Positions 46,646 to 55,662 of a stretch of DNA of 64,000 nt are shown here, piece after piece. The DNA comes from Dehalococcoidia bacterium. Its GTDB lineage: Bacteria > Chloroflexota > Dehalococcoidia > UBA2979. Both the position numbers and the translations under genes were made by a program. The notes below the pieces were generated by a model. That model was not told the origin of the DNA and ran no database searches. It worked only from the letters and a program-made list of their open reading frames with translations. The stretch is from the NCBI GenBank assembly GCA_965219085.1, contig OZ244720.1:2368001-2432000 (forward strand), read 5' to 3'. Numbering within the stretch: the stretch's first letter is position 1; every line of letters starts with the position of its first letter.

Positions 46646-46694
46646 GCAACACAGCAACGGCCCACCGTCACGGTGGGCCGTTTGCCTGTGTTGC
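46646..46694 (+). terminator. intrinsic terminator / long hairpin
   Basis: AACGGCCCACCG-TCA-CGGTGGGCCGTT, extended by GCAACACAG/CTGTGTTGC. Confidence 0.65.
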
Positions 46695-46703
46695 GCCGGG
46701 GGC

Positions 46704-47867
46704 CTACTTGTCGGCCGACGGGAGCGTTGCAATCTGTCGCACAATACCTTCAACGCGACCGGTGAGGGCCTCGATATTCTGCGCGACGTCATCGGGCGCC
46801 ACCCACCGTGCGATAACGCCCTTGCTGGGCGCGTCGTGCGACCACGAGTCACCCTCGAACAACCCCGCGTACCGAAGCAGAGCATCCCGGAGTGCCCGCG
46901 GGGGCGGCGGGTCGTCGTAGCCTTCAAAGATGTTGCCGCCGAAGGAGAAGTCGCGTCTGCCCCCAAAGCCGGTTGCGCCTGGAGCGTATATCCATGCGAC
47001 GGTCACACGGTATTTCCAGGCCGGGCAGGGTACCCGGACGCTCACACGATTCGGACCCCAGTTGAACACTGCTCCGGCCGCAGTGGCGCGGTCGAGGAGT
47101 TGTCGCGTCGCTTCGCGGATCCGACCCTCCGGGAACTCAGCAAGCAGCGTCTCTCTCGTGTGCCGCGAGCGGGCGGCCGCCGAGCGCGACCGATCTGAAC
47201 GTCCGGCGACGCGCGGGACGAGAGTCCTGACCCCTTCCCCACGAAACTGTTTGAGCTCCACAGCGAGCACCTCGACGCGGGGGCCCATGTGGCGATTCAG
47301 GAACTCGACGACATGCTCCAGGTCCGGCGGGATGCGGTCGGCCACGAAGAGCAACCGGATGCGCTCGTCTGCGAGGTTCCGGTCGACACGCTCCCAGAAC
47401 TCCTCGTAGGCACCATCGCCCGACTCGCCGCTGCTTTGAAGCCGCGCAATGCGGTCGCGGGCGGCGTCCTCGCCGCCTGACTCGGCTTCGAGGCGCTCGC
47501 GGATGGTGTCGGCGGTCCAGTACAGCGTCGCGTGCGCGGCGTAGTCGAGCATCTGGCCCACGACGCGGCGCCTGATCTCCGAGTTGTCGCCGCGTTTCAC
47601 CTCGACCAGCGTCGGGCGCGCGTCCTGATCCAGCAGCAGGTGGTCGACAGCCCAGCGGTCGCCGGAATCCGGGCTGTCGGGGATGCCCATCTCGCGGCTG
47701 ATCAGCAACCACCGTCGAGGCTCCTCGGGCGTCATGCGCTCGCCGGCGAGCACCTCGGGGTGCTCCGCGATCAGCTCCTGGAGCGCTGCCTCGTCGTCGT
47801 AATCGGCTTCGGTCAGGGGTGTCGGGTCGCCCCCTGCGTCGAGCCGCCAGATGCGCTCCTTCGTCAT
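46704..47867 (-). CDS. PD-(D/E)xK nuclease-fold protein (NucS/DUF91-like N-terminal domain)
   Basis: EAALQELI, DHLLLDQDARPTLVEVKR, VVGQMLDYA. Confidence 0.7.
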   Translation of the reverse strand: MTKERIWRLDAGGDPTPLTEADYDDEAALQELIAEHPEVLAGERMTPEEPRRWLLISREMGIPDSPDSGDRWAVDHLLLDQDARPTLVEVKRGDNSEIRRRVVGQMLDYAAHATLYWTADTIRERLEAESGGEDAARDRIARLQSSGESGDGAYEEFWERVDRNLADERIRLLFVADRIPPDLEHVVEFLNRHMGPRVEVLAVELKQFRGEGVRTLVPRVAGRSDRSRSAAARSRHTRETLLAEFPEGRIREATRQLLDRATAAGAVFNWGPNRVSVRVPCPAWKYRVTVAWIYAPGATGFGGRRDFSFGGNIFEGYDDPPPPRALRDALLRYAGLFEGDSWSHDAPSKGVIARWVAPDDVAQNIEALTGRVEGIVRQIATLPSADK

Positions 47868-47886
47868 GACGCCCCGCCGCTGACGG

Positions 47887-49032
47887 CTACAGCCGCCCGG
47901 CGTCGAACTCGAGGATGCCGCGCGCGACGTTGATGCGGAGCAGGTCCGAGGCGCCCTCGCCCAGTCGCATCGCGCGCACGCGCCGGTAGAGCTGCTCCAG
48001 CGGGTGCCCCACGATCAGCGCCTGCCCGCCGGCGAGTTGGACCGCCGTGTCCACGTGGCGGCCGACGGCCTCCGCGGCGAACATCTTCGTGGCCGCGATC
48101 TCGTTGATCGCGTCGTCGCCAGACTCGCGCAGCCGCGCGCTGCGGTACAGCATGCTGCGCGCCGCGTACGTCTCGATGCGCATGTCGGCGTAGCGCAGCC
48201 GCACGCCCTCGCGCTCGCCGAGCGGCGTGCCGCTGCGGTGGGGCGCCTTGAGGTGGTTCGTCGTGAACTCCGTGGTCCACATCGACAGGCCCGTGCACTC
48301 GGCGGCCACGCCGAGGCGCATGTCGTTGATGTTCCCGAGCGCGCGAGGCATCCCCTCGCCGATCGCGCCGATCACGTTCGCCACGGGCACGCGTGCCTGG
48401 TCGAACGACAGCGAGACGTGCCCGCCTCCGTCCATCGAGACGAAGGAGTGGTCGATCGAGACACCCGGCGTGCCGGCCTCAATGACGAGCATCGCGGTGC
48501 CGCCGGGGCCCGCGTCGCCGTCCTCGACGTTGATGAGCGCCGAGTAGAAGTTGGCCGTCGCGCCGCCGCTGACGTAGGCCTTGCGGCCGGTGACGAGCAG
48601 GTCGTCGCCGTCGCGGATGGCCCACGTCGGCTTGAGCGCGTCGCCGGGCTCCGTGAAGGCGAACGAGCCCTGCGCGGCGCCGCGGAGCAGCGGCTCGAGG
48701 AAGCGCGCGCGCGCCTCACCCTCGGCGGTGCGCAGCACGCCCGGGCCCGGCCCGAAGATGGCGCGTCCGAGGCGCAGGTTGCCGGACGCGACGGTCTCGC
48801 GCGCGACGGTCAATTCGAGCGGCCCGGCGTTCGTGCCGCCGAACTCGGCGGGCTGGGTCATGCCGAACAGGCCCGCGGCCTGCGACCGCTCGCGCGCCTG
48901 CGCGGCGATCTCCGGAGGGATGGGCGCTTCGAGGTCGCCGGGCAGGTCGGCTTCGAGCGCGCTCAGGTCGTCGACGACCGCCTGCGTGCGGTCGCGGAGC
49001 TCGATCAGTTCGGGGGTCAGGGATTCGGGCAT
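47887..49032 (-). CDS. acyl-CoA dehydrogenase
   Basis: FAFTEPG, GRKAYVS, RLGEGASD. Confidence 0.9.
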   Translation of the reverse strand: MPESLTPELIELRDRTQAVVDDLSALEADLPGDLEAPIPPEIAAQARERSQAAGLFGMTQPAEFGGTNAGPLELTVARETVASGNLRLGRAIFGPGPGVLRTAEGEARARFLEPLLRGAAQGSFAFTEPGDALKPTWAIRDGDDLLVTGRKAYVSGGATANFYSALINVEDGDAGPGGTAMLVIEAGTPGVSIDHSFVSMDGGGHVSLSFDQARVPVANVIGAIGEGMPRALGNINDMRLGVAAECTGLSMWTTEFTTNHLKAPHRSGTPLGEREGVRLRYADMRIETYAARSMLYRSARLRESGDDAINEIAATKMFAAEAVGRHVDTAVQLAGGQALIVGHPLEQLYRRVRAMRLGEGASDLLRINVARGILEFDAGRL

Positions 49033-49185
49033 TGCGGGCACCTCCGTGCGTACGGCGCGCAGGCTATCAGTCGCGGGCCGCCGGGGCAGCCCATCGCCAC
49101 GATTCGGGGCGGCCGAGGGTTTGCCTCGGCGCGCCGTGAGGCGCATCATCGGCCCACTACACCGCATCGAAGCGAGGAGCTCTCC

Positions 49186-50412
49186 ATGAACTGGAACGAC
49201 GACGCCGAACAGGCGGCCTTCCGCAACCGGGTTACCACCTTCATCGAGGAGCGGCTGCCGGATCTCTACCGACGCCGCATCGAGACCGGCGAGGACGCCG
49301 CCCTCGAGGGCTTCTTCGCGTGGTACGCCGACCGGCAGAACCCGGACGAGGACGTACAGGCCGCCGCGCAGGAGTGGGCGGGCGCGCTCGCCGAGAACGG
49401 CTGGGTCGCCCCGCACTGGCCCGAGGAGTATGGGGGCGCCGGGCTCACGGCGATGGAGCAGGTGATCTTCAACGAGGAGATGGCCCGCGCCCAGGCGCCT
49501 GCGGTCGGCGGCTCCGGTGTCATGCTGCTCGGGCCCACCGTGCTGGTACACGGCACCCAGGAGCAGAAACAGAAGTACGTCGGCGACATCCTCTCCGGCA
49601 AGGTCGCGTGGGCGCAGGGCTACTCCGAGCCGGGCGCAGGCTCCGACCTCGGCGGGCTACAGACCCGCGCCATGCGCGACGGCGACGAGTACGTCGTGAA
49701 CGGCCAGAAGATCTGGACCTCGGCGGCCCACATGGCGGATGCGATCTTCGCGCTCGTCCGCACCAACCCGGACGCGCCGAAGCACCGCGGCATCTCGTTC
49801 ATCATGATCGACAACATCCGCCAGCCCGGCATCAACGTCCGGCCACTGATCGACGCGGCCTGGGGCCACGTCATCAACGAGGTCTTCTTCGAGGATGTCC
49901 GGGTCCCGGTCGCTAACGTGCTGGGCGAGGAGAACCGCGGCTGGTACGTCGGCATGACGCTGCTCGACTTCGAGCGCTCCGGCATCGCCGGCCCCGTTGA
50001 CCAGCAGCTACAGCTGACCGAACTCCTCGACGCCGTCGTGAACGACGAGCGCTCGCTGCTGAGCCGCAGCGACTCGCTCCGCGACCGCATCGTGGACCGC
50101 TACATCTCGACCGAGATCTCGTACAACCTCTCGCTCCGTGTTGCCTCGATGCAGGCGGCGGGCCTCGTCCCGAACTACGAGGCCTCGATGGGCAAGATGT
50201 TCGCGAGCGAGCAGGGCCAGGAGCTGCACCGCGTGGGCGTGCGCGCCTTCGGCCTGCACTCGCAGATCTGGCCCGGCGACGGCCGCGAGGTCCTCAAGGG
50301 CGATCACATCCGCGGCTACATCCGCTCGATCCCGTCGACGATCGCCGGCGGTAGCTCCGAGGTGCAGCGCAACATCATCGCCACGCGCGGGCTGGGGCTG
50401 CCTCGCGGTTAG
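49186..50412 (+). CDS. acyl-CoA dehydrogenase (paralogue of 41953-43179)
   Basis: QGYSEPGAGSDL, NGQKIWTS, IAGGSSEVQRNIIATRGLGLPR; GAGGAG RBS. Confidence 0.93.
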   Translation: MNWNDDAEQAAFRNRVTTFIEERLPDLYRRRIETGEDAALEGFFAWYADRQNPDEDVQAAAQEWAGALAENGWVAPHWPEEYGGAGLTAMEQVIFNEEMARAQAPAVGGSGVMLLGPTVLVHGTQEQKQKYVGDILSGKVAWAQGYSEPGAGSDLGGLQTRAMRDGDEYVVNGQKIWTSAAHMADAIFALVRTNPDAPKHRGISFIMIDNIRQPGINVRPLIDAAWGHVINEVFFEDVRVPVANVLGEENRGWYVGMTLLDFERSGIAGPVDQQLQLTELLDAVVNDERSLLSRSDSLRDRIVDRYISTEISYNLSLRVASMQAAGLVPNYEASMGKMFASEQGQELHRVGVRAFGLHSQIWPGDGREVLKGDHIRGYIRSIPSTIAGGSSEVQRNIIATRGLGLPRG

Positions 50413-50438
50413 TCCCGACCCGTCTGGCAACGCACACA

Positions 50439-50470
50439 CGCCGGCCCGCTCCAAGCGGGCCGGCGCCTTT
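50439..50470 (+). terminator. intrinsic terminator
   Basis: CGCCGGCCCGCT-CCA-AGCGGGCCGGCG followed by CCTTT. Confidence 0.55.
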
Positions 50471-50485
50471 CCCGGAGGCGTATGC

Positions 50486-50947
50486 ATGGCCCCCGCCGAT
50501 CACATGCGCGAGCTCGCGCTCTCGCGGCTGCGCGCCGCGACGTCGTACTGGCTCGCCACGACTCGCCCGGATGGCCGGCCGCACTCGATGCCCGTGTGGG
50601 GCGTGCTCGTGGGCGACGAGTTCTGGTTCGGCACCGCCGGGCAGAAGGTCCACAACCTCCGCCACCAGCCGTACGCGATCGTGCACCACGAGAGCGCCGA
50701 CGACGTCGCCATCATCGAGGGCGTCGTCGAGCGGCGGCCGCTCGCGGACGCCCCGGACGCGGTCGTGGCCGCCTTTCGCGACAAGTACATCAACCCGGAG
50801 ACCGGCGCGCCGTTCGACCTGTCGGACGGGGACCCGTCGGAGGGCGAGGCGTGGCTCTACGCCCTGCGCATCGAGGTGGGTCACGCCTGGCTCGAGGGCG
50901 CATTCATCGAGACGCAGACGCGCTGGGAGGCGGAGCCGCGGCGGTAG
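50486..50947 (+). CDS. pyridoxamine 5'-phosphate oxidase-like (split beta-barrel, flavin/F420-binding) protein
   Basis: WLATTRPDGRPHSMPVW, KVHNL..QP. Confidence 0.82.
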   Translation: MAPADHMRELALSRLRAATSYWLATTRPDGRPHSMPVWGVLVGDEFWFGTAGQKVHNLRHQPYAIVHHESADDVAIIEGVVERRPLADAPDAVVAAFRDKYINPETGAPFDLSDGDPSEGEAWLYALRIEVGHAWLEGAFIETQTRWEAEPRR

Positions 50948-50989
50948 GCCGCCGCGCATGGCCGCGCACGAGACGCCGTGCTACGGTGA

Positions 50990-51105
50990 CGCTCGCGCAG
51001 CAGCTGGGGAAGCCGGTGTAAGTCCGGCGCTGTCCCGCAACTGTGAGCCTCGCGGCGCGGCACAAGCCGACGCCGGGGCAAGCCAGAACACCGGCCTGCG
51101 CGCTG
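50990..51105 (+). ncRNA. cobalamin riboswitch
   Basis: GGGAAGCCGGTG-TAAGT-CCGGCGCTGTCCCGCAACTGT...AGCCAG B12-box motifs; closing stem CGCGCAG/CTGCGCG; upstream of B12 uptake genes. Confidence 0.92.
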
Positions 51106-51202
51106 TCGCGAACCTGCGAGGACAGGCGACGGCATGCCGCGCTCGGCCTCCGCCGGACTGGCATCGCTTCCACCCTGCCCCTCGCACCGGAGGGGCGTTT
51201 CT

Positions 51203-52312
51203 GTGGCCCGTGAATCCCTCGGCGCACGCGTCGGCGAGGCGGTCGCTGCGCCGCCCGCGGCTCGCGCCGCGTGGCTCCCTCGAGTCGTCCCTCGCGCGCC
51301 CGGCCCAGCGTTCGCGGCCGCCGCGCTGCTCATCGTCGTCGCGCTGGTCGCGCTCACGCAGGGGGCGGCCGACATCCCGCCGGCGACCGTGCTCCGCATC
51401 CTGCTCGACCGCCTGCCGATGGTGAGCGTCGACGTCGCCGTGCCGGCCACGCAGGAGACGATCGTGCTCGACATCCGGCTGCCGAGGGTGATCGCGGCGG
51501 GCGCCGTCGGTGCGGCGCTCGCGTTGTCCGGGGCCTCGTACCAGGGGGTGTTCCGCAACCCGCTCGCCGGGCCGTTCCTGCTCGGCGTCGCCTCGGGCGC
51601 TGCGCTCGGGGCGGCGATCGCGATCATCTCGCCGCTGTCGACCGACGCCTACGGCTTTGGCTGGGTCCCCGTCTTCGCCTTCGCGGGCGCGCTCGCCACG
51701 GTCGTGCTCGTCTACCTGCTCGCGACGGGCGGAGGCGGTGTCGACGGCACGACGCTCATCCTCGCGGGGGTGGCGCTCTCTGCCGTGTTCGGCGCCGCGA
51801 CGGCGTTCATCCTGCTCACCGGCGGCGAGCAGGCGCGGCCGATCTTTTCGTTCCTCTTCGGCGGCTTCAACACCTCGAACTGGGAGCGCGTCGCGTGGGC
51901 GGCGCCCTACCTCGTGGTTGGCACGGTCATCGTCGCCATGCACGCGCGGGTGCTGAACGTGCTCCAACTCGACGAGGAACAGGCAGCGCAGCTCGGCGTC
52001 CCGGTGACGCGCACGAAGCTCATCGTGCTCGCGGCGGCCTCGCTGACCGCCGCGACAGCGGTCGCGATGGCTGGCGTGATCGGGTTCGTCGGGCTGATCG
52101 TGCCGCACGCCGTGCGGCTCGCGTTTGGCGGCGACCACCGGCGGCTGCTGCCGCTGGCCGCGCTGTTCGGCGCGTCGTTCCTCATCCTCGTCGACCTGCT
52201 GGCGAGGACCATGCTGTCGCCGCAGGAGGTGCCGGTTGGGGTGCTCACGGCGCTGCTCGGCGGGCCGTTCTTCCTCTGGCTGCTCCGCACGCGACGGGCA
52301 GTGGCCCTGTGA
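51203..52312 (+). CDS. btuC: cobalamin ABC transporter permease (BtuC/FecCD)
   Basis: IRLPRV, QGVFRNPLA, IGFVGLIVPH; directly downstream of the B12 riboswitch. Confidence 0.85.
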   Translation: MARESLGARVGEAVAAPPAARAAWLPRVVPRAPGPAFAAAALLIVVALVALTQGAADIPPATVLRILLDRLPMVSVDVAVPATQETIVLDIRLPRVIAAGAVGAALALSGASYQGVFRNPLAGPFLLGVASGAALGAAIAIISPLSTDAYGFGWVPVFAFAGALATVVLVYLLATGGGGVDGTTLILAGVALSAVFGAATAFILLTGGEQARPIFSFLFGGFNTSNWERVAWAAPYLVVGTVIVAMHARVLNVLQLDEEQAAQLGVPVTRTKLIVLAAASLTAATAVAMAGVIGFVGLIVPHAVRLAFGGDHRRLLPLAALFGASFLILVDLLARTMLSPQEVPVGVLTALLGGPFFLWLLRTRRAVAL

Positions 52313-53151
52313 CCGCGCTGACGACACGCTCCCCCGCCGACGCGACGGCCGCCGCGGCACCCTCGACGGCCCCGCTCCTCGAAGCGTCCGGCATCCACGT
52401 CGAGCTGGGCGGGCAGGCGATCCTACGTGACGTCGAGGTCACCGTCCGACGCGGCGAGGTGGTCGGCCTCGTCGGCCCGAACGGAGCCGGCAAGAGCACG
52501 CTGCTCCGCGTCGTCACCGGCATGCTCCGGCCGTCGGCGGGCACGGTCGCGATCGAGGGGGACGCGCTCGGCGCGCTCTCGCGTCGCGATCTCGCGATGC
52601 GGGTGGCCGTCGTGCAACAGTTGCCCGAGGCGCCGGCGACGATGCGTGTGCGCGACCTCGTCGTGTTGGGGCGGCACCCGCACCTCGGGCTGCTCGCCCG
52701 GGAGTCGCGGCACGACTTCGAGATCGTGGCGGAAGCGATGCGACGCGCGGGCTGCGACCGCTTCGCCGACCGTGAGCTGGGATCGCTGTCCGGCGGGGAG
52801 CGGCGGCGCGCGTTCATCGCGCGCGCGCTCGCGCAGGAGGCGCCGCTGCTGCTGCTCGACGAGCCGACCTCGAACCTCGACGCGCACGCGCAGGTCGAGA
52901 TCCTCGAGTTGGTCGCGGAGCTGGCGGCGAGCGGGTCGGGCGTGCTGCTGATCGTCCACGACCTCACGCTGGCCGCCGCGTACTGCAACCGCGTCGTGCT
53001 GCTCGACCGCGGCGAGGTCGTCGCCGACGGCCCGCCGTCCGAAGTGGTCACGCCGGAGCACGTGCGGCGCGTCTACGGCGGCGGCGTGACGGTGCTGCGG
53101 CATCCCGCGTCGGGCGCGCCGCTGGTCATCCCCTCGCGCCTGGAGGTCTGA
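52309..53151 (+). CDS. btuD: cobalamin ABC transporter ATPase
   Basis: GPNGAGKS, LSGGERRR, LLLDEPT, VHDL. Confidence 0.85.
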   Translation: MTALTTRSPADATAAAAPSTAPLLEASGIHVELGGQAILRDVEVTVRRGEVVGLVGPNGAGKSTLLRVVTGMLRPSAGTVAIEGDALGALSRRDLAMRVAVVQQLPEAPATMRVRDLVVLGRHPHLGLLARESRHDFEIVAEAMRRAGCDRFADRELGSLSGGERRRAFIARALAQEAPLLLLDEPTSNLDAHAQVEILELVAELAASGSGVLLIVHDLTLAAAYCNRVVLLDRGEVVADGPPSEVVTPEHVRRVYGGGVTVLRHPASGAPLVIPSRLEV

Positions 53152-53152
53152 G

Positions 53153-53746
53153 ATGACGCAGAAGTGGAGCGAGCCCTCGGACGAGGCCGTGACGAACGCC
53201 GAGGACGGCGAGGACGCCCTGTTCCGCAAGTCGCATCCGCTGGTGCTGCTCTACACGGGCGACGGCAAGGGCAAGACCTCCTCGGCGCTCGGCGTCACGA
53301 TGCGCGCGTGGGGGCGGGGCTGGAAGATCTGCTGGCTGCAGTTCATCAAGTCGAAGACCGCGAACTACGGCGAGACGCGCGCCGCCCGCCAGATGGGCAT
53401 CGAGATGATCCCGCTGGGCGACGGCTTCACATGGCTCTCGAAGGACATCAACAAGGACATCGCCCTCGCCCGCGAGTGCTGGGCGCTGGCGCGCGAGAAG
53501 ATCGAGTCGGCCGCGTACGACCTCGTCGTGCTCGACGAGATCACGTACCCCATCACGTACGGCTGGCTCGACGCCGACGAGGTGATCCCGGTGTTGCGTG
53601 ACCGGCCCGCCGACATGCACATCATCATGACCGGACGCAACGCCGCGCCCGAGCTGGTCGAGTTCGCCGACCTCGTGTCGGAGATGACCGAGGTGAAGCA
53701 CCCGTACCAGCAGGGCATCAAGGCGCAGCGCGGCATCGACTTCTGA
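53153..53746 (+). CDS. cobO: cob(I)yrinic acid a,c-diamide adenosyltransferase (CobA/CobO/BtuR)
   Basis: YTGDGKGKT, QFIK, LDEI, TGR, KHPY..GIKAQRGIDF. Confidence 0.93.
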   Translation: MTQKWSEPSDEAVTNAEDGEDALFRKSHPLVLLYTGDGKGKTSSALGVTMRAWGRGWKICWLQFIKSKTANYGETRAARQMGIEMIPLGDGFTWLSKDINKDIALARECWALAREKIESAAYDLVVLDEITYPITYGWLDADEVIPVLRDRPADMHIIMTGRNAAPELVEFADLVSEMTEVKHPYQQGIKAQRGIDF

Positions 53747-53747
53747 G

Positions 53748-54676
53748 ATGCGGCGCGCGCTGACCCTCGCACTCGCCGTGGCCATCGACGGCGTCACCGG
53801 TGACCCGCCGACGCGGCTCCATCCCGTCGGCGCGCTGGGCACGCTCGCCCGGACCTTCGAGGCGTTCGCGCCGGACGGCGCTGCGGAGCGTCGCCGCTAC
53901 GGCCGAGGTGTGGCGGCTGCGATGCCCCTCATCGCGGCGCTCGCCGCGTGGCAGCTCTCCGCACGCCTCGGCGGCTCCGGGCCGCGTCGCGTCGTCGTCG
54001 ACGCGGTCGCGCTCTCGCTCGGCTTCGCGCTGCGCACGCTCCTCGGCCGTGCGGGGGGAACCCGAGGCCGCGGCTCCGCGACGGCGACCTCGACGGCGCG
54101 CGGACGCTGCTCGGCACACACCTCGTGAGCCGCGACGTGCGTGAGCTCGACGCGTCCGAGGTGGCTGCGGCGACGATCGAGTCGGTGGCGGAGAACCTCA
54201 GCGACGGGGTGATCGCGCCGTGGCTGTGGTACGCCGTCGGCGGCCTCCCCGCCGCGTGGGCGTACCGCGCCGCGAATACCCTCGACGCGATGTGGGGCTA
54301 CCGCGACGAGCGGTGGATCGACCTCGGCGCGGCCGCTGCCCGCACCGACGACGTGCTCAACCTCGCGCCCGCGCGCCTGACCGCGCTCGCGCTCTGCGCC
54401 GCCGCCGCGAGCCGCGGCGACGGGGCGCGCGCCGTGCGGCAGTGGCGCCTCGACGCCGGGCGCACGGCGAGCCCGAACGCCGGCCATTCGATGGCCGCGA
54501 TGGCCGGCGCGCTCGGCGTCCGGCTCGGCAAGCGCGGCGAGTACACCCTCGGCGCGAGTCTGCGCGAACCGACGCACCAGGACATCGGGCGGGCCTGCGT
54601 CCTCGCGACCGAGGCGGCGCTGATCGCCAGCGCAGCCCTCGGAGCCGTGCTCGTGGGCGTGGGGAGCCGATCGTGA
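53748..54676 (+). pseudogene. cbiB: adenosylcobinamide-phosphate synthase, frameshifted at ~54053-54075
   Basis: GDP...HPV N-terminus in one frame; [28 protein letters not shown] in another. Confidence 0.8.
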
Positions 54677-55662
54677 GCAGCGAGCAGCCGCGCGTCCTCG
54701 ACCTCACCTCGAACCTGCACCCGCACGGGCCGCACCCGGCGGTGGTCGAGGCGGCGCGGAGCGCTGCGCTCGACCGCTACCCGGAGCCCGAGCCCGCGGT
54801 GCTCCGCGGGGAGGTCGCGCTATCGATCGGGGTGTCGAGGGACCAGGTGCTGATCACCGCGGGCGCAACCGAGGTGATCCACCTCGCGCTGCGCGCCGTC
54901 CTCGGGCCCGGCGACGCCTGCACGGTCTTCACCCCTGCGTTCGGCGAGTACGAGTCGGCGGCCCTCGCAGGCGGCTTCCACGTCGAGCGCCACGAGGCGT
55001 TCCCGCCCGACTTCGCGCCGCCCAACGACCCGCCGCGCGCGCTGCTCACGGTCGTCGCGAACCCGAGCAGTCCGGCGGGCGTGTACCTCGAGGAAGCCAC
55101 GTTCCGGCGGGTGCTGCGCGTCGCGCGCGGCGTGCTGCTGATCGATGCGGTCTACGAGCCATTCGTCGAGGACGCGTGGGACGCGAACAAGCTGGTGCGC
55201 GACGGGCTGCCGGTGCTCGTCGTCCACTCGTTCACCAAGCTCCACGCGATCCCCGGCCTGCGCGTCGGCTACGTCGCCGGCCCCGCGCCGCTGATCGCGC
55301 GGCTGGCGGCGCTGCAGCCCACGTGGGCCGTGAGCGCGCCAGCCATCGAGGCCGCGCACGCCGCGCTGCCCCTCGATGCCGAGCGCCGCGAAGTGGCGCG
55401 CGAGGTGGCCGAAACGCGCGCGGCGATGCACGACTTCTTCGCGGCGCGCGGCATCACCGTGAGCCCTGCGCGGGCGAACTTCGTGCTCGCGCGCACCGGC
55501 GACGCGCACGAGATGCGCGCCGCCCTGCTGCAGCGCGGCGTCGAGGTCCGCGACTGCACCTCGTTCGGCCTGCCGGAGTGGGTGCGCATCGCGACGCCGC
55601 CCGCGGCCGAGCTGTCGCGCCTCCTCGACGCCCTCACGGCGGCGCTGGGCGAGCTCGCGTGA
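54673..55662 (+). CDS. threonine-phosphate decarboxylase / HisC-like PLP enzyme
   Basis: [35 protein letters not shown]; lies between cbiB and cobQ. Confidence 0.82.
   Translation: MSSEQPRVLDLTSNLHPHGPHPAVVEAARSAALDRYPEPEPAVLRGEVALSIGVSRDQVLITAGATEVIHLALRAVLGPGDACTVFTPAFGEYESAALAGGFHVERHEAFPPDFAPPNDPPRALLTVVANPSSPAGVYLEEATFRRVLRVARGVLLIDAVYEPFVEDAWDANKLVRDGLPVLVVHSFTKLHAIPGLRVGYVAGPAPLIARLAALQPTWAVSAPAIEAAHAALPLDAERREVAREVAETRAAMHDFFAARGITVSPARANFVLARTGDAHEMRAALLQRGVEVRDCTSFGLPEWVRIATPPAAELSRLLDALTAALGELA

Noticed and set aside
48004-49185. Apparent N-terminal extensions of the two divergent ACAD ORFs
   Set aside because: Each is the antisense of the neighbouring ACAD; real starts are 49032 (-) and 49186 (+).
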